From the NCBI GenBank assembly GCA_964476245.1, contig CAYYYW010000005.1, positions 1-63,754 of the forward strand: a stretch of 63,754 bases of DNA. Direction: 5' to 3'. The notes below the pieces were generated by a model. The model did not search any database. It was not told the DNA's origin and was given only the letters and a program-made list of their open reading frames with translations. A program made the translations under genes and the position numbers. Shown piece by piece: positions 48,055-57,093 of the stretch (positions are counted from its first letter, which is position 1; each line of letters begins with the position of its first letter). Source of the DNA: an uncultured Gammaproteobacteria bacterium (GTDB taxonomy: Bacteria; Patescibacteriota; Microgenomatia; UBA1406; HO2-37-13b).

Positions 48055-48223
48055 TCCTCAATTTTATCACAAAAAATCCCAGTTGAATTATTTGGCTTCG
48101 CCGATGCTTGCTTTCTTCCTCCACAGACGACAAAATAAATGCACGTTTTGATAATTTACCCCAGCACCAGAATGTCCCGTGCGTTAGTACGTGGAATGAA
48201 TGGTTTTCGAGCGGGCATTCGGC

Positions 48224-48293
48224 GCGGGGTTTCGCACTCTGAATGCCCGAAGCGGCTGATGCCCCGACCGTAAGGTCGGGGAGTGCTTCACTT
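48224..48293. repeat. 70-nt repeat, copy 1
   Basis: 69/70 identical to 59798-59867. Contains the hairpin ccccgacc-gtaa-ggtcgggg. Confidence 0.85.
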
Positions 48294-48311
48294 AATATAG
48301 AAATCTAAATC

Positions 48312-48923
48312 TTATAAAAAATGCTTTTGTAGTTCGATAAAATTTTTACACCTATCTTCTTTTTGCATTTTTTTAGCTTTGAAAAAAACAATTAAACTGT
48401 TTTTGTATTGATAAAGAGTATATTTTTCCAAGACCTTTTCAAATATTTCTATCCATTTTTCTTTGGTTGGCACATGACCAGCGTCAAATAACCAGTGATG
48501 TAAATCTAAACAAGGCTCGCATATAAAAATATATTTAAAGTTTTTTACTACCTTTTTGAGTGTTTTTTCTTTATCATAGGCATGATGAAGTGAAAAAGTA
48601 AACGTAGCCATTTCACCTTGTGGAAATTCACCATTGAAATCAATCTTTTGTACTTTAAATCCTTTCTTTTTTACTCTTTCTAGCATATATTTATTTCGAT
48701 CGCATGCTATTATCTCTTTTGGTTGAAAAACTTTCTGTATTCGGATACTATTCCCTCCATCACCGCAGCCTAAATCGTAAATACTTTTATGGAAAAAGTC
48801 CTGTGGTATTTTTGATTTAATAAAGTCAAATAATGGATCGTGAAAACGATTATATAGACAAGGAAAGAATCTGTAGCCTATTTTTTCGACGAACAATTCT
48901 CTTATTTTTGCATTTAAGTTCAT
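48312..48923 (-). CDS. Class I SAM-dependent methyltransferase with a DUF3795-like C-terminal tail
   Basis: Motif I IYDLGCGDGGN. The last ~18 codons (..RCKNFIELQKHFL) match the 3' end of 44832-45152. Confidence 0.8.
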   Translation of the reverse strand: MNLNAKIRELFVEKIGYRFFPCLYNRFHDPLFDFIKSKIPQDFFHKSIYDLGCGDGGNSIRIQKVFQPKEIIACDRNKYMLERVKKKGFKVQKIDFNGEFPQGEMATFTFSLHHAYDKEKTLKKVVKNFKYIFICEPCLDLHHWLFDAGHVPTKEKWIEIFEKVLEKYTLYQYKNSLIVFFKAKKMQKEDRCKNFIELQKHFL

Positions 48924-48961
48924 TGTGTTATTTTATCAAAAAGGTTGTAATCAATGCTCTT

Positions 48962-49055
48962 GTCCTGAGCTTATCGAAGGATTTGAAGATTATTATCCTG
49001 AGAGAGCTCTTCGATTTTACTCAGGGTAAGCTTCGTGAGTCGAAGGACAAACGAA
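48962..49055. repeat. Cluster of GC-rich palindromic units
   Basis: gtcctgagcttatcgaaggat .. atcctgagagagctcttcg .. gagtcgaaggacaaacgaaag. Its end is homologous to 46621-46680. Confidence 0.65.
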
Positions 49056-49073
49056 AGAAAGATTGAGGCAGAT

Positions 49074-49178
49074 TTATTTAATACAAGCTCCGTCCAGACA
49101 ACCACTAGGACAATCATAAATCATTTTTCCTGGAACATAGTTTCCGCTTCCGGTGGGGCTTTCATAACCACATTTCAT
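49074..49178 (-). CDS. 34-aa Cys-containing small ORF (orphan copy of a surface-protein module); may be a remnant
   Basis: MKCGYESPTGSGNYVPGKMIYDCPSGCLDGACIK. Its tail matches ..ISIYCPAGCLDDVCRN in the 50710-53997 protein. Not in the ORF track. Confidence 0.25.
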   Translation of the reverse strand: MKCGYESPTGSGNYVPGKMIYDCPSGCLDGACIK

Positions 49179-49289
49179 TTACTTGTGCCTTAGAGCCTGT
49201 ACATTCATGGCTTAAGTGTCAAAAAATGGGTCTGAATTAACTACTTTAAATTGATATAATACTCCAAAGTTAAAATTTCATTTATTTAA

Positions 49290-49637
49290 TATGATATTGA
49301 CCGGGAATTATATTCAGCCAGCTTAAATAAAGCAGATGAAGGTGATAAAAGTTCTTGGCTTGAATATTTTACTGATGGGGTAAAGTACTCTCTTCAGAGC
49401 GTGCTTGGAAAAATTGAAACCGGATTATCAAAATTACAATTTGATCTAAGACCAACAACAAGAGAACAAGACGTTTTAACTTTAATCCAAAAATATCATC
49501 AACTAACTTCAGACAACGTAGTTAATGAACTTAAAATTAGCAGGCAGCAGGCTCATAAACTTCTTAAATCATTGGTGGAAAAAGGCTTATTGAAGAAAAA
49601 AGGATCGACAAAGAATAGTTATTATGAATTAAACTAA
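49290..49637 (+). pseudogene. 3' remnant of a Fic/DOC-family gene (C-terminal wHTH part only)
   Basis: The frame is open from 49290 (..SSWLEYFTDGVKYSLQS..) into ORF 49401-49637 (wHTH-like). No HPFxxGNGR Fic motif and no ATG. Confidence 0.5.
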
Positions 49638-49661
49638 AACCCACTTGACTTGTTGATCTTT

Positions 49662-50276
49662 TTATTGGGTAAATTTGAACGAGTCAACAATTTGCTGTAG
49701 TGTTCCTTTGTTCAGACGCCTTATTTCAGAATTCCACAACCCCCAGCTCAAGCGGTACACATTTCCGTTACGATATATGTATATTGAAGTATCAATTCCT
49801 CCCTCATCATTTTCTTTTTCCAATACGATGGCTGGTTCATCGGAAATGGTTATGCTTTTTTTACTAAAACCTTGACTTGATAGACTTTGAATTTCAGCAT
49901 TGGTTTCCAAATTCTCGCCTGGGTCCTCAAGTGAAGAAATCTCTATTGAGATCTCGTTACCCACAGGATCAAGATTCTCATCAACATTTGAAAGTCTAAT
50001 TGTTGCCGGCGGAGGGGGATTATATCCTGTCTTATGGAAAAACCAATGAGCTGGGTAGTTTATTTTATAATGATACTTTGGATTAACATATTCTTGCCAA
50101 GAAGGGCTTTGATTATTGGCTGCTGATGGAATGATTGATGGAACCGGCATATTTGCCGGTCGTTTTGAAGAGTAATAATAGTACGCCGTTCCTCCTGCGC
50201 CCACCAATACCGCAGCAATAACTATGGCAACAACAGGAATAAAACCTTTTCGGTATTTTTTAAGATTACTATTCAT
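49662..50276 (-). CDS. Hypothetical membrane-anchored protein
   Basis: 204 aa, TM IPVVAIVIAAVLVGAGGTAYYYY. Confidence 0.5.
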   Translation of the reverse strand: MNSNLKKYRKGFIPVVAIVIAAVLVGAGGTAYYYYSSKRPANMPVPSIIPSAANNQSPSWQEYVNPKYHYKINYPAHWFFHKTGYNPPPPATIRLSNVDENLDPVGNEISIEISSLEDPGENLETNAEIQSLSSQGFSKKSITISDEPAIVLEKENDEGGIDTSIYIYRNGNVYRLSWGLWNSEIRRLNKGTLQQIVDSFKFTQ

Positions 50277-50682
50277 TTAATAATTTCAAATTTATAATTG
50301 TTACTGTGTCTCCTTTTTTATTTCCTTCAACATGAGCCCTTAAACCATTCTCAAACTTTTTTTCACTACAGATTTGCTCGCCTTGACCATAATCACATTG
50401 ACTACGATTATTAAAATCAAGCATCACCTGCAAAACCGGGGCGCCGGGTGCTTCATAAATAAACTTCCAAGCCATTTCCTCGTTCTCTTCTTTTTGGACA
50501 ATAACGCCATCTTTAATGAAGTTGGCGGATTGTTCCGGAATAAGAGTCGCCATCGTTTTTTTTACATCACCTGGTTTTTTAAAAAGATCAGTTGACTGGC
50601 CAGTATTCGGGGGGAGTTTACTAATTCGATAAATACCGTAACCAATGACGATTATCACCAAAATAACAAAAATTTTTTTCAT
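50269..50682 (-). CDS. Hypothetical membrane-anchored protein
   Basis: 137 aa, TM IFVILVIIVIGYGIY. Overlaps the next gene by 8 nt. Confidence 0.5.
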   Translation of the reverse strand: MKKIFVILVIIVIGYGIYRISKLPPNTGQSTDLFKKPGDVKKTMATLIPEQSANFIKDGVIVQKEENEEMAWKFIYEAPGAPVLQVMLDFNNRSQCDYGQGEQICSEKKFENGLRAHVEGNKKGDTVTIINLKLLNE

Positions 50683-50709
50683 ATCAAATCACCCCCCCCT
50701 TTTTTTTGT

Positions 50710-53700
50710 CTAATTACAATCGTCCTCATAATATCCAAGGCAATAAAACGTAGTTCCTCGCAGTCCTCCAATTCCTGTTTCCGGATCGCATTGACTGCAA
50801 TAAGAACAGACGTTGGAAAATTCTTGTATGTCCAGTCTTTCTTTTCCGTTGTCAAAAACCAATCTTGTGTTTCCACAAACTGTATTTTTTGGTTGATTAT
50901 CACAATTCATACTTGAGTTATATACGTCAGAAGTACATTTGGTAAGACTTTGTTCAGCATTAATTAAAGAAAAAGAGTTTAAAAAACATTTTTCCGTTTG
51001 TTCGTTTTTGTCCTTAAGATCGTCTGTTATAAAAATCGACGAACTCAAAAGATAATAAATATCATTCTTTTTAAAGTAATACATTTCCGAGCGATGCTTG
51101 CACGAGGTTGAGTTTTCGTCAGTTTGGCTGCTGCAAGCCATTTCTGTTTCGTCAATGTATTTTTCAACATTTGTTAATCCTTTAAATTCAACAGTGTCTT
51201 TTACCTGGTTGCCGGTATTGTTTTCAAACCACATGCCATAATTTTCGTCAGTTTTAAGATCATAGGTTGAAGCTAAAATTTCAAATCGGGATATTTTATA
51301 TTTCGGATCGATTTGTTCCTCTGGTCTTGTTGTTGAGACTAAACTTCGGTAAGTTAGATTATCAGAGCTCCACTCGTCTATTGAAGTATCAGTCCATCCC
51401 GTTGGGATTTTAAATGAAAAACCAAATTTATCACTTTTATATTCTTGCCAATCACGGGTACAATCGTCGGTAATGGTAACTGAAGGAGGTTGTTGTCCTC
51501 CTCGCGTCTGACTGGCAGCGGAAACTAAACGATAACTGACATAATAATCACCAACGTCTTTATTGATATGTTTTGTCAAAGGCGAAGAATTTTTAGACCC
51601 ATCTTCATAATAAGAAAGATTGGCAGAGCCGCGGAACGAATAACTATCCGGAAAACTAAACATCCCACTAGCCAATTGACTGTCTTTGTTTGTTCCTGTA
51701 TCTAAAGAAACCAAACCAGAAGAACGGTTTATTACACAACCAAAAACTCCAAGATGGGTATCTTGACCAGCTTCCACAGGCTGGCCGTTTTGATAGGGGT
51801 AACAAAATGAAATCGGATTATATCCGCTTGCGGTAATCTCAAATCTTGCCATACCGGAAGAACCGGGAAACACAGCTTGAGGCAGCTCACCAAATTCAAC
51901 ACCGCCACTTGCTTTACTATTAAATTGTCTTTCTGTTAATAATAAATTGTCTGAGTCATATACTTTAATATTAACGCCTACGCCATTCGGGTCCAGCCTA
52001 CTGCCATTTTCCAATACTTTCGTAAGTTGCACCCAAAGCTTAACATTACCGCTATTGTTCAATTTGTCTATAAACGGAACCAGATAATTACCCGGGATAT
52101 GTTTTGTATGAAGAATGAATTGGTTGGCAAACCAATCATCAAAAAATATACCTTCCGCTATTGGTTTAACGCTTTTGGCAATATTTGGTATTTTATCTTT
52201 TAGATTTTCATCTATGGTTTGGCTGTACAAAACATTATTAAACCTGACAAAAAATTGATCGTCATTTATGTAGAGTTTGTACAATGCAGTTGCGGCAAGG
52301 GCTGAAGGTCCCGGATTAGCAGGATAAGAAAGACTCTCCATGTTTCCATTGACAGTCGCCCAAGCGGGATTTTGACCTGTCAGCTCATAAAATGGACATT
52401 TTATTCGCAGGTTTCCATCTTTTTCAGGCTCAAAAAGTTTAATATAAATATCTTTTGAAAGAAGATCTCTCATTCCTATTTCCCAGTTAAACGGCATATA
52501 AAAGCTTAAATCATCATGAACCGCCGCCATTATTAACCAGGTTATCAAAGACTGATTTCCTATTGAATGGCTCTGAAGAACTATTTCATTAGTGCTGGCA
52601 TTGTAATAATTATCATCTCCTATTTTCATACTCACGCTAATTTGAGCATAAGCATGACCATATACCTCATTTATCTTTCTATAAATTTGACCAACGTCAG
52701 CGCTTAAATCCCTGCCGGTTTCAGCCTGATATTTTTCCTTTATATCGCCGATATAACGAAAGCTTAGGTCTCCGCTGTTTCGGCAAACATCATCTAAACA
52801 ACCGGCCGGGCAATAGATGCTTATTGTCTTAGATTTTTTTCCGTCCGAATCACAGACAGCCTCGATTAAGTTTGTCCAGTTTTGACAGCTATCCCAAATG
52901 ACTTTATCATCAGAATGACCTGAAGCAGGTCTAACATAGCCTCTAATATATTTGTCTTCTCCATCAGAATCAAAACACGACTGGTAACCTGTTGGTGTTG
53001 GAGGGGGCGGGTTGGTTGGGGTTGGAGTAAGTGGTTGATTCAAACAAACGCTGTCTTGACATCCATTTTCACAGCGAAAAGCCTCCCAAACAGGCAGTCC
53101 ATCCTCACAATAACCTTCCAAAAGTCTACAAAAAAAATCTGAACAACTATCAACGAGTTTTCCTGTATAAACAGAATAACAACTGTCTTCGTAAGTGGTA
53201 TTCCACCAGGTTGTGACGCCTTTTGTAAACAGTTTTTTCCCGCCGTCAGAATCAATACAGGGATAATTTGTTGGGGTTGGGGTAGCTGAAGGCAAAATTA
53301 TAGGCGTTGATATTGGTTTTTTTGTGGGTATTGGTGTTGCGGTAGAAATAGGTTCATCATAAGGGGTTAAACAACGCCCATTTCTACAATTATATGTACA
53401 TACTGTTCGCTGGAGCGTACACAACTGTGTTCCCCATTTATCACAATAATATTGGTCAATTGAAATTTGATCAGAAGTACATGCATCTTCAATCTTTTTT
53501 TCTACATCCTGACAAACACCTTTATAATAGATGTCTTGTGTTGGATCATTGTCAGTACAAGGTTCGGGGGTGGGTGAGGCTTGCCCGGAACGTGATTTGT
53601 CACTTCCTGTTGGTACATTTTGTTCCCCAACATTTTCTTCAGCAGATTTCTGTTCCAAATCAGGCAAGATCGGTTTCCCGTTTTGTGTCAAAACAATAAC

Positions 53701-53997
53701 AACCGGTGTGTCTGGTTTCTCTACAGATGATGTTGAAGTAATTTTTGCCGAAAGAATAGTATTTATTTTTTCATCAAGCTCTTTTTGTTGTTGAACGGTT
53801 AGATTGTTAAGGTCTTCCTTTTTTATGCTTTTGGGCAATTCAACCGCATAGGTGCTTCCTAGAAAAGCGCTTGGTTTACTAAAGATAAATTTATTTAGTA
53901 AAAAATATCCTACGACGCCAAAAACTGTTATCATAAATAGAAAAATAGGTATTTTTACACCAGCAGGACAAGAAGAAAAAAATTTTTTCAACATCAA
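50710..53997 (-). CDS. 1095-aa surface protein with three Cys-rich modules and P/T linkers
   Basis: N-terminal TM. Modules at aa 147-210, 247-319 and 341-406 follow C.D.DG..KG..D.C..C..C..GC.d.vC. PTPT linkers and a Cys-rich C-terminus. Confidence 0.6.
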   Translation of the reverse strand: MMLKKFFSSCPAGVKIPIFLFMITVFGVVGYFLLNKFIFSKPSAFLGSTYAVELPKSIKKEDLNNLTVQQQKELDEKINTILSAKITSTSSVEKPDTPVVIVLTQNGKPILPDLEQKSAEENVGEQNVPTGSDKSRSGQASPTPEPCTDNDPTQDIYYKGVCQDVEKKIEDACTSDQISIDQYYCDKWGTQLCTLQRTVCTYNCRNGRCLTPYDEPISTATPIPTKKPISTPIILPSATPTPTNYPCIDSDGGKKLFTKGVTTWWNTTYEDSCYSVYTGKLVDSCSDFFCRLLEGYCEDGLPVWEAFRCENGCQDSVCLNQPLTPTPTNPPPPTPTGYQSCFDSDGEDKYIRGYVRPASGHSDDKVIWDSCQNWTNLIEAVCDSDGKKSKTISIYCPAGCLDDVCRNSGDLSFRYIGDIKEKYQAETGRDLSADVGQIYRKINEVYGHAYAQISVSMKIGDDNYYNASTNEIVLQSHSIGNQSLITWLIMAAVHDDLSFYMPFNWEIGMRDLLSKDIYIKLFEPEKDGNLRIKCPFYELTGQNPAWATVNGNMESLSYPANPGPSALAATALYKLYINDDQFFVRFNNVLYSQTIDENLKDKIPNIAKSVKPIAEGIFFDDWFANQFILHTKHIPGNYLVPFIDKLNNSGNVKLWVQLTKVLENGSRLDPNGVGVNIKVYDSDNLLLTERQFNSKASGGVEFGELPQAVFPGSSGMARFEITASGYNPISFCYPYQNGQPVEAGQDTHLGVFGCVINRSSGLVSLDTGTNKDSQLASGMFSFPDSYSFRGSANLSYYEDGSKNSSPLTKHINKDVGDYYVSYRLVSAASQTRGGQQPPSVTITDDCTRDWQEYKSDKFGFSFKIPTGWTDTSIDEWSSDNLTYRSLVSTTRPEEQIDPKYKISRFEILASTYDLKTDENYGMWFENNTGNQVKDTVEFKGLTNVEKYIDETEMACSSQTDENSTSCKHRSEMYYFKKNDIYYLLSSSIFITDDLKDKNEQTEKCFLNSFSLINAEQSLTKCTSDVYNSSMNCDNQPKNTVCGNTRLVFDNGKERLDIQEFSNVCSYCSQCDPETGIGGLRGTTFYCLGYYEDDCN

Positions 53998-54117
53998 TAT
54001 TCACTATAACATAGAAAATAAAAATGTCAAAATTTGTCATCCATGGGTGATAAGGAGTGTGTTCTCTTATTCAGGAATAGAAAGGTTGAGATAAGCATAA
54101 ACGAGGTCATTTCTATA

Positions 54118-54852
54118 TTACTGTAAATTGATCAATCGCCTTAGAAAACTAAACAATAAGTATAAAAAACTCTTTTTTTCTTCTGAATTATCGTTTGTAT
54201 TTCTAACGGGAATAATAGGAGTAAGTTCTAATATTGGATCCAATGCTTCTTTTTCTTTCAAAAATTTATTCGGATCATACCATTTTTTCCCAACTTGACT
54301 AAGAGAACTTTCGTGTCCTCTAAAATAAAGGCCAACTCCATTATATACTCCAAAATGCAGATGTTTTCTCTCTTTAGATGTTTCACTGCTAAATTGTTCT
54401 CCTAAAAAGGTCAATATAATAGGATTATTTTCTACTGTTATACGATCTCCAACTTTAATTGAAAGGTTTTTAATCTTAACATGTCCATATAAAACTGTAG
54501 CGTTTTCATTATCAAGCTCTTCTAATATAACTCCTCCATAGCCGGAAAGCGTTCCAATATAAGTAATTATTCCGGAAGACATGGCATATACCGGGACCTT
54601 TTTCTCAATTTCATTAGAAAATACCTCCAAATCAACCGCAGTATGATAACCATAAAATTTGTTATAGGGAAATAATTTTTCTTTTCCTCTATAAAAATTG
54701 TCGTCAATAAATTCTCCAAACCCTTTTATCGTTTGTCGTTCATAATATTTATCCATAGGGTAATACCATTTGGCATATATATTCTTAGGCAAAAACAAAA
54801 AAAATGAAGATAGCGCTAAAAAAAACACACTTATTTGTATAATCTTACCCAT
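54118..54852 (-). CDS. M23 family metallopeptidase
   Basis: HTAVD (HxxxD) and HLHF (HxH); signal anchor. Confidence 0.8.
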   Translation of the reverse strand: MGKIIQISVFFLALSSFFLFLPKNIYAKWYYPMDKYYERQTIKGFGEFIDDNFYRGKEKLFPYNKFYGYHTAVDLEVFSNEIEKKVPVYAMSSGIITYIGTLSGYGGVILEELDNENATVLYGHVKIKNLSIKVGDRITVENNPIILTFLGEQFSSETSKERKHLHFGVYNGVGLYFRGHESSLSQVGKKWYDPNKFLKEKEALDPILELTPIIPVRNTNDNSEEKKSFLYLLFSFLRRLINLQ

Positions 54853-54909
54853 ATTACGAAATATAACAAAAATTTCACGCTTTCATTTATTAATGATAAA
54901 ATTTTTACT

Positions 54910-55923
54910 ATGTCTAAACGAATTACATTATCATTCATTTTAATACTGGTTGCTCTTTTAATGGTTATTGTTGGAACAATTATTAAAAAATCTTCAAAGA
55001 ACAATGTTGTTTCTCCTCGACGCTTGACAGAAAATGACACTAATGTTCAAGAACTGCCAGTATTTATTGAGTCGTTACGGAAAAGAAATTATCCTGCAAG
55101 CGAGATAGCAATCGAGGAGACATTAACATCAGGGGTTAATTATCAACGACATATTGTGTCCTATAAATCGGATGGGTTGAAGATCTACGGACTACTAACA
55201 ATACCAAATTCATCAAGACCGTCAAATGGTTATCCGACGATCATATTTTTACATGGATATGTTTCTCCTAAAACATATATTACAACCAATGATTATATTG
55301 CCACTCAGGATGGTTTAGCCAGGAGCGGATTTATTACTTTTAAACCCGACTTGAGAGGACATGGAAAATCCCAAGGAGATGCAACAGGCGCTCATTTTTC
55401 GGAAAGCTACGTAGTTGATACGTTAAACGCACTATCGGCATTAAAAATTGATAAAGATGTTGATTCAAAAAGAATAGGTATCTGGGGGCATTCAAACGGA
55501 GGTGAAATCGGACTTAAAGCCATGGTGGTATCCAAAGAAATTAAAGCGAGTGTATTTTGGGCCGGTGTTGTTGGAAGTTTTCAAGACATGCTTGAAACAT
55601 ACAATTCTCGCATCCCTTTCATGAGGAGAAACGCGCCTGATCTAGTTGTCAAATACGGTAGCCCAAGCGCCAATCCAACTTTTTGGAACAAACTTGACCC
55701 TTACTCATCTCTTGATGACATCTCAGGCCCAATTCAACTTCATCATGGGACAGCAGACAGCAGTGTACCAATAGAATTGTCAATCCATCTTAAAAATGCA
55801 TTGGAAAAAGAAGGAAAAAGAGCAGAGCTGTATAAATATAATGGAGCCAATCATAATTTTAATGGAGATTCATTTGCTACGGCTATGCAAAGATCAGTAG
55901 ATTTTTTTAAAAAATATCTTTAG
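54910..55923 (+). CDS. Alpha/beta hydrolase (S9/dienelactone-hydrolase-like), membrane-anchored
   Basis: IFLHGY, nucleophile GIWGHSNGG, C-terminal GANHNF. ATG 54910 preferred to the 54835 start. Confidence 0.75.
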   Translation: MSKRITLSFILILVALLMVIVGTIIKKSSKNNVVSPRRLTENDTNVQELPVFIESLRKRNYPASEIAIEETLTSGVNYQRHIVSYKSDGLKIYGLLTIPNSSRPSNGYPTIIFLHGYVSPKTYITTNDYIATQDGLARSGFITFKPDLRGHGKSQGDATGAHFSESYVVDTLNALSALKIDKDVDSKRIGIWGHSNGGEIGLKAMVVSKEIKASVFWAGVVGSFQDMLETYNSRIPFMRRNAPDLVVKYGSPSANPTFWNKLDPYSSLDDISGPIQLHHGTADSSVPIELSIHLKNALEKEGKRAELYKYNGANHNFNGDSFATAMQRSVDFFKKYL

Positions 55924-55950
55924 AAATTGATTTTGTTAGGTTAATTTTCT

Positions 55951-56064
55951 TTATCTTTTTTTCTCTTTTTTTTCTTCATTATTACAACACTTTTCTTCAT
56001 TACGATGGCAGTCGCAGTCGCATTGACAACAACAGCAACAACAGCATTTTTTGTGGTGTCCCAT
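55951..56064 (-). CDS. 37-aa poly-Cys small ORF (metallothionein-like composition)
   Basis: MGHHKKCCCCCCCQCDCDCHRNEEKCCNNEEKKEKKR, 12 Cys. Lies 36 nt downstream of and co-oriented with 56101-56853. Not in the ORF track. A 27-aa ORF exists on the opposite strand. Confidence 0.3.
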   Translation of the reverse strand: MGHHKKCCCCCCCQCDCDCHRNEEKCCNNEEKKEKKR

Positions 56065-56100
56065 AATCTTTATCAGCCCCTTTATTAATATATTAATTTA

Positions 56101-56853
56101 TTACTTAGCAAATAACTTAAATAACCATCCAAGCAAACTACTTGATTGCTCCTCAAGAGCAATTTTGTCTTGGAGGGCAGTGTTTTGTTCAGTTAACGCC
56201 TGAATTGTTTCCTGAACCATAGCGATGCTATCTTGATTGATTAATTGATTTTTCAGTTGCTCAAGTTGTTGAATCCGCAGTTGGTTTTGTTCCATTTGCT
56301 TTTTTACATTCTTCAAAGCTTGATAGTTTGGTCCTATTAATGATTTCAACAATCCGCCTCTGTTGTCAACTTTCCCTAACTCTGTTTGTGTCTGATCTTG
56401 GGCTTGTTTTTGCTCTTGTGCGATCTGTTTTATTTGCTCGTCGATACCACCCTGCGTTGTTTTAGTTGTAAGTAATTCCATTACCTTTTGAGAAACAATG
56501 CTCATGTTTTTTTTTGCTGTTTCACTTCTTGGTGATTCGTCCTTGGGCATGTCTTGAGTTTGACTCTCTTCGTCATCTCCTTGGGTTTCTTGCTCTTGAG
56601 TGTTGGTCTGAATTTTTAAATCTTCACCCGCATTTTTGGTTTTTACCTGATTCTGGTTTTGAACTTGGTTTCCTGTTGCAGAAGGAGATATCTGCAATTG
56701 CTGTTGTGTTTGGGTTTGTTGCTGGACTTTCTGACCAGTATTGGTGTTTTGGGCGCCTGCTTCATTATTTTTAGCCGCAAAAGCGGGCACAATTAAACCA
56801 AAAGCCAAAAAGACCGGAAGAATAAATATTAATTTTTTCATCAATAATTTCAC
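56101..56853 (-). CDS. Secreted Gln-rich coiled-coil protein
   Basis: Signal peptide ..LIVPAFA, then Q/N/T-rich low-complexity sequence and heptad-like segments. Confidence 0.5.
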   Translation of the reverse strand: MKLLMKKLIFILPVFLAFGLIVPAFAAKNNEAGAQNTNTGQKVQQQTQTQQQLQISPSATGNQVQNQNQVKTKNAGEDLKIQTNTQEQETQGDDEESQTQDMPKDESPRSETAKKNMSIVSQKVMELLTTKTTQGGIDEQIKQIAQEQKQAQDQTQTELGKVDNRGGLLKSLIGPNYQALKNVKKQMEQNQLRIQQLEQLKNQLINQDSIAMVQETIQALTEQNTALQDKIALEEQSSSLLGWLFKLFAK

Positions 56854-57093
56854 CTCCTTTCAGTTCTTTTATAACTATATCAAACATAAAGGAAGTTTGG
56901 AATCCTACGAAGAATAACAAAAAATGAAGTTATTTTTAATGTGTTTGGCGTGTCGGTTTTTGAAACACTTAGGCCCGTAGTTAAAAAAAGAACATAATTA
57001 ACTTTTCAGGCAATTATTTTATGTAAAATATTATTTATGAAAGTCATTCTTCCCATCCAACCCCGCAAGCCATAGCCCTGAGTTAAACGAAGG

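Noticed and set aside
50679-50903. Track ORF of 74 aa overlapping the 3' end of the 1095-aa gene in another frame.
   Set aside because: It is entirely nested in the end of a strongly supported long ORF, and nothing in the sequence supports a second nested gene.
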